From Candidatus Latescibacterota bacterium (GTDB lineage: Bacteria > Latescibacterota > UBA2968 > UBA8231), in assembly GCA_965221775.1 (NCBI GenBank), contig CBDCSU010000006.1:896001-960000 (forward strand): DNA of 64,000 bases. Reading direction: 5' to 3'. The notes beneath the pieces were generated by a model. That model had not been told where the DNA came from. It searched no databases and worked only from the letters and a program-made list of their open reading frames with translations. Shown here in pieces: positions 57,012 through 64,000 of this stretch. Each line of letters starts with the position of its first letter. Position 1 is the stretch's first letter. A program made the translations under genes and the position numbers.

Positions 57012-58754
57012 TCAGTACACGACGGCCACCATCGCCGTCCGGCTCTCGGTCCCCGTATCCGCTTCGATCTCCACGCGCACCACGTACAGCCCCGGCGGCA
57101 GCTTTTCTCCGGCGTCGTCGGTCCCGTCCCAGGCCCTGTCGTAGCGCCCGCTGCCGTCGAGGCCGGAGTAGACCAGCTTCCGCCGCCGTCCCGCCAGATC
57201 GTAGACCGCCGCCGAGACCGGGACGCGGCTCGTCAGATTGGTGAGGTCCCAGGTGATGGTGGCCTCGTCGTTGCGGCCGTCGCCGTTGGGCGAGAACGGC
57301 GCCGGATCGACCTCGACGGCGTGGACGAGGTCGCCGGCGAAGCGGGTGGTGACCGACAGCCCGCCGCCGGCGGCGTCGGCATCGGCGCCCGTCTCTCCCG
57401 CCGCCAGCTCCTGGGGCAGCTCCCCCGGCCTGCCGCTGTCGGAGGCCCTGCCGCTGAAGACGGTCTTGTAGCGCAGGGCGATGCTCTCGAAGACGACTCG
57501 CAGCACCCGGTCGCCCGTGATCCTCGGGAAACCGATGCGGACCCCGCCGTCGATGTCGGCCTTCTCCCACGCCACGTCGCCGCCGTCGATCTGCACCGAC
57601 CGGATGACCTCCACCGGCGCCTGGGTGTCGATGTCGAGGCGGTCGAATCCGCGGCTGTTGTAGCTGCGCACCCAGTAGGTGAGCTCCGTCGGCTGGCCGA
57701 TGACGGCCTCCCGGGGCCACACCTCCGCCACCAGGGAATCCGCCAGGGCGGGAGAGACCTCGACGGCGATGGAGTCGACCAGCGCCGCCGAGAGGATCTC
57801 CGTGCTCTCTAGCTGGACGTGGAACTGCCAGTATCTCCGGGGCGCCGGGGAGGCGACGGCGGCGGACATCCCCGCCGGGTAGGGAGGCGACCAGCCGCTC
57901 CAGGCGAGGCTGTCGCCGGTCTCCGGCGTCGTGCCGCTGCGCGTCCGCAGGGTGGCCTTCACCTTGGCCGGCTCACCGATGGCCTCCTCGGACCACAGCA
58001 GGCTGCCGAAGACGGCGGCCTGTCCCTCGTCGAAGACCCGGGACAGGTAGGACGCCGCGGAAGGGAAGCCCTCGCCGAAGACCTCGAGCTCGTCGATCTC
58101 CCACGCGCCCCGCACCAGCTGCTGAACCTCGATGAAGCGCACGTACTGCAGCGGGATGGGGATGTCGATGTCGGGGTCGGTGTTGCGGTCTTCCGACTTG
58201 AATACCCTCATCTTCGGCTCGCCCGAGATCGTCGTCTGCGCCTCGCTGCCGTCGTTGAGCGACAGGCGGTAGCCCCGCAGGTACGACTCCTCGAAGCCCG
58301 GCCGCGGGTAGAACCGGACCCGGTTGACGCCGAAGCGCTCCCCCAGGTCGACGCGGAAGATGATCCCCCTCGTCTGCGCGCCCGGGATGACGAAGGCCTC
58401 GCCGCCGCCGTCCACCATCTTGCCCAGCAGGTCGTCCACGGCGCTCTGCGATGTCTCGAGGACCACCCGCGCATTCGGCGAGGTGATCCGGCCGCCCCGT
58501 TCCAGCAGCCTCAGGGCGATGTTGTCCTCCGGACCGTTGCGGGCCGGCTGGATGAAGCCGGGACGGGTGTCGAAGTCGATGACGGAGACCACCGACTGGC
58601 TCTCGCTCCATGTGCGCGAGTCCGGGCCGCTGCCGCCGATGACGACAAGCTCGGCGGCGGCGGGTTCGGCGGCGATACCGAAGGCGAGGGCCACGACGGC
58701 CGTCCGCGGCGATACCGCCCGAGCCGCCATGGGGGCGCGGTCAGTAGGCGACAT
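57012..58754 (-). CDS. Exported protein with C-terminal FlgD-Ig-like domain, paralogue 3
   Basis: WSGWS, SPAPRRY, LVAEVWP and PFSPNGDGRND..YDLAGR..WDG..PGLY. Confidence 0.85.
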   Translation of the reverse strand: MSPTDRAPMAARAVSPRTAVVALAFGIAAEPAAAELVVIGGSGPDSRTWSESQSVVSVIDFDTRPGFIQPARNGPEDNIALRLLERGGRITSPNARVVLETSQSAVDDLLGKMVDGGGEAFVIPGAQTRGIIFRVDLGERFGVNRVRFYPRPGFEESYLRGYRLSLNDGSEAQTTISGEPKMRVFKSEDRNTDPDIDIPIPLQYVRFIEVQQLVRGAWEIDELEVFGEGFPSAASYLSRVFDEGQAAVFGSLLWSEEAIGEPAKVKATLRTRSGTTPETGDSLAWSGWSPPYPAGMSAAVASPAPRRYWQFHVQLESTEILSAALVDSIAVEVSPALADSLVAEVWPREAVIGQPTELTYWVRSYNSRGFDRLDIDTQAPVEVIRSVQIDGGDVAWEKADIDGGVRIGFPRITGDRVLRVVFESIALRYKTVFSGRASDSGRPGELPQELAAGETGADADAAGGGLSVTTRFAGDLVHAVEVDPAPFSPNGDGRNDEATITWDLTNLTSRVPVSAAVYDLAGRRRKLVYSGLDGSGRYDRAWDGTDDAGEKLPPGLYVVRVEIEADTGTESRTAMVAVVY

Positions 58755-61422
58755 GCACGAGCCGGTAGGCCCGGGTGCTGCCGCCGGACCCGGAGTCGAG
58801 ATCGACGGCGATCCGCAACAGGTAGATCCCCGGCGGCACGGAGGCGCCGGAGGCGTCGACGCCCGACCAGGCGACGCTGTGGCCTCCCGCCGCGAGGGGC
58901 CCGTCCCACAGCCTCTTCACCAGCCGGCCGCCCAGGTCGTAGACCTCCACCGCGGCCGGCGCCGGCGCGCTGATGCGCATCAGGGTGAAACGGGCCGCCA
59001 CCTCGTCGTTGGCGCCGTCGCCGTTGGGGGTGACCACCGGACTGGAGATCTCCACCGCTCCCAGCACGTCGCCGCGCTGCAGGGCCAGGACGATCGTCGT
59101 CTCGCTGTCGGTGATGCCGTTGGCGTCGCCGTCCTCGACCCCCTGCCAGGAACCGGCGAAGCCGGAGTGCCCGACGGAACCGATGAAGTAGCTGTTGTAG
59201 GTGTAGGGGACGCACTCGAAGTGCAGCTCCACCCGCGCCTCCCCGGCCGCGGCCTCGACCGGCGCCGGCAGGCGGACCCACAGGGAGTCGGAGCCGTCCC
59301 TCAGCACCTCGAGCCGCTCGTCGGCGGCCTCCCAGGTGAGGGCGGGTTCCTCGCCGGCCTCGACGATCACCCGGTGGAGGTCCATCTCCAGCCCCGGGGG
59401 GCCCTCGAGGAGGATCTCGTCGAAGCCCCGGCTGTCGCCCTCGAAGGTCGAGCGGAGGATGTAGGAGAACGCCTGCCGGCTGCCGATCTCCTCCAGGCGG
59501 GCGGGCAGGACCTCGGCCACCAGGCTCCTGGCCACGGGGCGCGCGAAGTTCAGCGCCACCGAGCGCAGGGTGGGGGCCGCGCGGGGCTCGTCGGTGAGGA
59601 GGATGGCGCGGATGGCGACGTAGCGCCGCGGGCTCGGCGAGGTGATCCGGTCGCCGGAGCGCTCGTAGGGCTGGCTCCAGCCGCTCCAGTCGGGACCGGG
59701 GAGCTTCTCGGTGACGATGGCCCCCACGGCGTTGTCACCGAAGAACTTCTTGTCCTCCTCCCACTTCTTCTTCGCCTCCTCCAGGGTCCCCGGGTAAGGC
59801 TCGCCGCTCTTCTTCAGGTAGTGGGTCGACTCCAGGACGGTGTCGCCGGTGCGCGTCTGCAGCACGAGACCGGTCCCCGGCGGCAGGTCGGCGTCCCACT
59901 CGACGGTGGTCAGGTTCCGGGCGCGGCTGCCGAGCTCGATGAAGGGGAGATCCCCGTCGAAGACGGAGGTGATCTCCACCTCGGGCATGTAGCCCTCCCC
60001 GAAGAACTGGATCTCCGACAGGCCGAAGGAGAGCGTCCCCGAGTCCGCCGGCTTCGCGAACAGGGGGTAGGTGAAGGCGAAGTACTTCGCCTTGGTGAGG
60101 GGGAACTCGAAGCCGTTGTACGTCTGGCTCGTCGGTTCGTGGCTGTTGTCGAGATTCTCCGCCGACCCCACCGTCTTCCAGGCGAGGCTGCCGCCGGCGA
60201 CCCGCGAGCCGTCGGAGAGCTCGATCCGGTACTGGGGGAAGCCGAGGACGTGGCCGAACCCCTGGTTCCGCTGCAGGACCCGGATGTGGTCGAGAAAGAA
60301 GGCGCCCCCCAGATCGATGAGGAGCTGGCGCTCCAGGTCCTGCGACTGGAATACCGAGGCCTGGTCGGGGTTGAAGCCGCCGAGGGCGCTCCAGTGGGCC
60401 TGCTCGCCGAAGAAGTGTCCGTCCACGACGGCGGGCTCGGCGCCGGTGTCGTCGACGCTGGTCAGGGTCCCGCCCCGCTCCAGCACCCCGGTGCCGATGT
60501 TGTCGCCGATGGACCACACCTCGACCTCGGCCAGCCGGGGTCGCTCGCGGCGGTAGTGGACCACCGGTCCCTGGCGGCCGGTGCCCTGCAGGGAGTCCCA
60601 GTCCTCCTTGCCGCCCAGGAGCCGCTCCCGGCCGCGGGCGTCGAGCCGGTAGTACTCCACGTCCCCCCGCTGGCCGGGCGGCAGGCTCTCCCAGACCGCC
60701 TCGGAGACCTGGCGGGCCTTGCCGAAGTCGCTGTCGGTGGCCTGGATGCCGACGAGGTTGATCACGTCTCCCGTGAAGTCGCCGTAGACGACGGGCCACT
60801 TCGTCGGCGACTGCGCCCGCAGGTCGATCTCGAAGACCCGCTGGCCCTTCACCGGCGTGTTGGTCGTGTAGCGCGTCCGGTAGATCGGCAGGCCGAGATT
60901 GAGCTCCCCCTGCGAGGTGGTGACCTTGAAGTGGAGGAAGGGATCGCCCAGATCGGCGTCGACGAACCTGAGGACGATGCGGGTGGCCGAGACCGTCCGG
61001 CCCAGGTCGAGCTGCACCCACCAGTCGCGCACGGGGTCGTCGGGGTCCGGCTCCCACCAGGTGTCCAGGCGGCCGTCCATCAGCGCGCCGGCGCTCGCCT
61101 CGCCGGAGCCCGCGGCCCTCACACCGCCGCCGAAGGCGGCCGCGTCGAGGGAGGCGTTGACGCCGGGCACGACGACCGTCTCGCCGTCGACCTCCAGGAG
61201 GGTGCTCTTGCGGATGTAGCCGGGCCGCACGCCGGCATCGGTGACCTCCGCCGTGGCCGACTGCCACTCCTGCCAGTGGGTGGGCGTGTCGATGACCACG
61301 CGGTTCGCTTCGCGGCTGTAGCCCTGCTGTCCGCCTCCGGGCGTGGACCATGCCAGGACCAGGACCGCCGCCAGGACCGCAGACGGAGGCGCGACACGCG
61401 GCGGCACTTGGTGCGCGCTCAT
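58741..61422 (-). CDS. Exported protein with C-terminal FlgD-Ig-like domain, paralogue 2
   Basis: WSGWS, SPSPRRY, LVAEVLP and TPNGDGAND..YDLGGR..WSG..PGIY. Confidence 0.85.
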   Translation of the reverse strand: MSAHQVPPRVAPPSAVLAAVLVLAWSTPGGGQQGYSREANRVVIDTPTHWQEWQSATAEVTDAGVRPGYIRKSTLLEVDGETVVVPGVNASLDAAAFGGGVRAAGSGEASAGALMDGRLDTWWEPDPDDPVRDWWVQLDLGRTVSATRIVLRFVDADLGDPFLHFKVTTSQGELNLGLPIYRTRYTTNTPVKGQRVFEIDLRAQSPTKWPVVYGDFTGDVINLVGIQATDSDFGKARQVSEAVWESLPPGQRGDVEYYRLDARGRERLLGGKEDWDSLQGTGRQGPVVHYRRERPRLAEVEVWSIGDNIGTGVLERGGTLTSVDDTGAEPAVVDGHFFGEQAHWSALGGFNPDQASVFQSQDLERQLLIDLGGAFFLDHIRVLQRNQGFGHVLGFPQYRIELSDGSRVAGGSLAWKTVGSAENLDNSHEPTSQTYNGFEFPLTKAKYFAFTYPLFAKPADSGTLSFGLSEIQFFGEGYMPEVEITSVFDGDLPFIELGSRARNLTTVEWDADLPPGTGLVLQTRTGDTVLESTHYLKKSGEPYPGTLEEAKKKWEEDKKFFGDNAVGAIVTEKLPGPDWSGWSQPYERSGDRITSPSPRRYVAIRAILLTDEPRAAPTLRSVALNFARPVARSLVAEVLPARLEEIGSRQAFSYILRSTFEGDSRGFDEILLEGPPGLEMDLHRVIVEAGEEPALTWEAADERLEVLRDGSDSLWVRLPAPVEAAAGEARVELHFECVPYTYNSYFIGSVGHSGFAGSWQGVEDGDANGITDSETTIVLALQRGDVLGAVEISSPVVTPNGDGANDEVAARFTLMRISAPAPAAVEVYDLGGRLVKRLWDGPLAAGGHSVAWSGVDASGASVPPGIYLLRIAVDLDSGSGGSTRAYRLVHVAY

Positions 61423-61423
61423 C

Positions 61424-63373
61424 TCAGTAGGCTACGGAGACGAGGCCGATGCTCGTCTCCCGCTTCGACCCCACGTCGGCCTCGATCCGGCAGAGGTACA
61501 GCCCGGGGGGAACGAGCTGGTTCGCCTCGTCCCGGCCATCCCAGGGCCGGTCGTACTCGCCCAGGGAGTCGTCTCCCGAGTAGAGCCGCTTCACGAGGCG
61601 TCCGGAGAGATCGTGGATCTCGATGGAGAGGGGGGCCGCCGCGGTCAGGCGCAGCAGCTTGTAGGAGATGTGGACGACATCGTTGACCCCGTCGCCATTG
61701 GGCGTGAACGGATTCGGCTCGATGCGGGGCGAGAACAGGAGCGAGGCGCTCAGGGGGGCCTGCACGGTGAGTTGATCGCTGTCGATTTCGGCGATGGCGT
61801 CGCCGGGACTGACCTGCTGGCGCACCTCCAGGGGCCTCTCGGTGTCGAAGATGCGGCCGGCGAAGGGCGTGCTCACCTCGCGCAGCACCGGGGCCGTGAA
61901 GACCACCTCGAGGAGGGCGCCGCTGTCCGTCGTCCCCAGCCGCCGCGGCAGAAGGACCTCGAAGCCCTCCTCGGTGCGGGTCCAGTTCAAGGGCTCGTCC
62001 ACCGCGTCGATGCGCAGCGAATCCACCGAGACGACGGTGAAGGGCGTCGAGATCTCCAGTCCGTCGAAGCCGCCGTCGCCGTCGCGGATCGTGGGCTTCA
62101 CGTAGTAGGTGAACCGCGTCACCTCGCCGACCCGGGTCGTCACCGGGAAGATCTCGGCCACCAGCTCGCGAGCCATCGGTTTCGACGCCATGGCCTCGAT
62201 GTAGTCGACGCGGCCGCCGTCTTCCACCGTGCTCGAGGAGAAGTCGACGCGGACCTGGAAGTACTGGCGGGGACCGGAAGAGACGATCTCGACCCCGGGC
62301 TCTTCGAAGGAGTAGATGCGGGACCAGAAGCTCCAGTTCTGGATGTCGGAACTCACCCGGTCCTCCTCGTCCTGGGGCTTGAAGTGGCCCGCGAGCTTGT
62401 CGTACTGCGCCTTGTACTCGGTCACGCTGAGCTCGCCCCCGCCGTCGAGGTACTCGACCCGGTCGAGCAGGTCGGGACGGTACTCCCAGTAGATCTCCGG
62501 GTGGCGGTCGCTGCCCAGGCGCGAACGGATCTGGACGCGGGCGCGGGGATCCTGGCGGCCCGACCAGCGGATCTTTCCCCAGCTGGCGATGTCCGGCAGC
62601 TCCACGACCTCCGACTCGTACGCGGCCTCGGTCACGTAGCCGCCGCCGTAGACCTCGAAGTCGGCCAGTCCGAGCTCCCTCGGCGAGGTGCGTGTGACGA
62701 GGAGCTGGATCGCCTCGGTCGTCACCGGCGGGTCGAGCACGATGCGCATGTCGTGGTCGGAGTTCTCCTTGACCGAGGCCACCTCGCGCTCGCCGCAGGG
62801 AGGCCCGCATCGCTCCCGGTTGAACCAAGGGATCCGGTAGGTGTTGAAGACCAGGTCGCTGACACCGAGGGCGAAGGTATCCAGGTAGTGGTCGGTGCGG
62901 CCCTCGATGGGCCGGAACCGCACCTCCTTGATCAGGAACCGTCCGCCGAGATCGAAGGTGACCTTGCCCCACCATCCCCTCAGGCCGAACCGGTCCGCCT
63001 CGATCTCGGCCCACACGTAGTCGGTGGTGGGGTCCTGATCGATGAGCACCTGCCCGACGAGGGTGTTCTCGCCGCCTACCCCGATGTTGTGGTCGACCCA
63101 GACCCTGCCCCCCCGTTCCAGCAGCCCGGCGGCGAGATCCTCGTCGTCGGGGAGGAACTTCGGCACCAGCATACCGGCTTGCAGGGAGTCCTGATCGATC
63201 TGGTCCTGCACGTGCGCCGACACCCAGGGGACGTGAACAACCTCGACGCCCAACCGGTCGAGGCTGTCGCGCTCGGCCGCGGTATGGGGCTGGCCGATGC
63301 GGATGAGGGTTGCACCCGAGGCGCCGTGGGCGAGCAGGCCGGCGACGATGCAGGAGAGCAGGCAGGAGCGCAT
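61424..63373 (-). CDS. Exported protein with C-terminal FlgD-Ig-like domain, paralogue 1
   Basis: WSFWS, GPRQY, LVAEIFP and PNPFTPNGDGVND..WDG..PGLY. Confidence 0.85.
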   Translation of the reverse strand: MRSCLLSCIVAGLLAHGASGATLIRIGQPHTAAERDSLDRLGVEVVHVPWVSAHVQDQIDQDSLQAGMLVPKFLPDDEDLAAGLLERGGRVWVDHNIGVGGENTLVGQVLIDQDPTTDYVWAEIEADRFGLRGWWGKVTFDLGGRFLIKEVRFRPIEGRTDHYLDTFALGVSDLVFNTYRIPWFNRERCGPPCGEREVASVKENSDHDMRIVLDPPVTTEAIQLLVTRTSPRELGLADFEVYGGGYVTEAAYESEVVELPDIASWGKIRWSGRQDPRARVQIRSRLGSDRHPEIYWEYRPDLLDRVEYLDGGGELSVTEYKAQYDKLAGHFKPQDEEDRVSSDIQNWSFWSRIYSFEEPGVEIVSSGPRQYFQVRVDFSSSTVEDGGRVDYIEAMASKPMARELVAEIFPVTTRVGEVTRFTYYVKPTIRDGDGGFDGLEISTPFTVVSVDSLRIDAVDEPLNWTRTEEGFEVLLPRRLGTTDSGALLEVVFTAPVLREVSTPFAGRIFDTERPLEVRQQVSPGDAIAEIDSDQLTVQAPLSASLLFSPRIEPNPFTPNGDGVNDVVHISYKLLRLTAAAPLSIEIHDLSGRLVKRLYSGDDSLGEYDRPWDGRDEANQLVPPGLYLCRIEADVGSKRETSIGLVSVAY

Positions 63374-63469
63374 GGATTCGCCTCCTCCACGGACGGAAAC
63401 CGCCGTTACGGTAGCTAGCCCCTTCGGGAGCCGTCAAGCGCCGCGGCGCCCCCCGGAGAGACCGCTTTC

Positions 63470-64000
63470 TCAGCCTTTCTGGCTGCAGACGCGGAAGGAG
63501 TAGAGGTTGGCATCCTCGACCCCGAGACGCAGCTGCACGGTGCGCCCCCTGAGCCCGCCCAGGTCGCTGCGCCCGCCCCAGTCGACGAGGGCGTCCGTCT
63601 CGTCGCCGCGGAAGGGGGTGCACTGCCCGGCGGCGAAGCCGGGGATGGCCCGCCCCTGTTCATCCTCGATCTGCACGGTGATCCCGCCGCTGCCGTCTCC
63701 AGGGGCCCCGGGGGTCGGACCGCTGGTGGCCGCGTTGAGCCGCAGGTGGTCCCCCTTCCAGGTGAAGGGACGGGTGAGCGCGTGTCCCGGGCTCGTGGCA
63801 TCCAGGGAGCAGAACCCGTCCAGGCGAAGGGTAGCCAGGCCGATGCGCCCGTCCTGGTCGGCAGCCGGAGCGTTGTGGGGCACCTTGAAGCCGGAGTAGA
63901 ACAGCCAGATCCGTCCGTCCTTCTCCACCGGCGCCGAGACGGGGTAGATCTGCGTGTCATCGAAGGCGCCGCCCGGGTACTCGTTGGTCGGCACCAGGTG
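63470..64000 (-). CDS. Beta-propeller glycoside hydrolase-like protein, C-terminal part (5' end outside window)
   Basis: IWLFYSG, IGLATLRLDGFCSL, LTRPF, LYSF. Confidence 0.7.
   Translation of the reverse strand, partial: HLVPTNEYPGGAFDDTQIYPVSAPVEKDGRIWLFYSGFKVPHNAPAADQDGRIGLATLRLDGFCSLDATSPGHALTRPFTWKGDHLRLNAATSGPTPGAPGDGSGGITVQIEDEQGRAIPGFAAGQCTPFRGDETDALVDWGGRSDLGGLRGRTVQLRLGVEDANLYSFRVCSQKG

Overview
High-GC bacterial DNA. The gene content (DUF6785-type membrane protein, CRTAC1/ASPIC-UnbV proteins, tandem FlgD-Ig-tail proteins, LRR-TolB lipoprotein, sulfatase) resembles Candidatus Latescibacterota-like organisms, possibly host-associated; this is inference only. From left to right: (1) the tail of a putative peptide-maturation/export (RiPP-like) cluster with an ABC exporter, Yip1 protein, S8 peptidase fused to a DUF1611/TIGR04066-like domain, MacAB-type exporter and acyl carrier protein; (2) a 5,283-bp IS1595-family element (7535-12817) that splits one permease gene of that cluster, with imperfect terminal IRs and an 8-bp target duplication; (3) a zinc-uptake-type operon headed by an RHH/Cys4 protein; (4) catabolic genes and toxin-antitoxin modules; (5) selA-selB-selC with an adjacent CxxU Rdx selenoprotein that the ORF track truncates; (6) a sulfite oxidase and a decayed copy of it; (7) an envelope module of TPR, CRTAC1, PPIase, a large outer-membrane protein and three FlgD-tail paralogues. 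The most unusual object is the IS1595 element. Besides its transposase it carries a ~320-nt structured leader with a possible pseudoknot, several unknown passenger genes behind an inward promoter, and two copies of a non-canonical tRNA-like cloverleaf (TAC anticodon, long variable arm), each paired with a repeated leader/RBS/ATG module that starts a different passenger gene. All calls come from reading the sequence by eye; no searches or folding programs were run.
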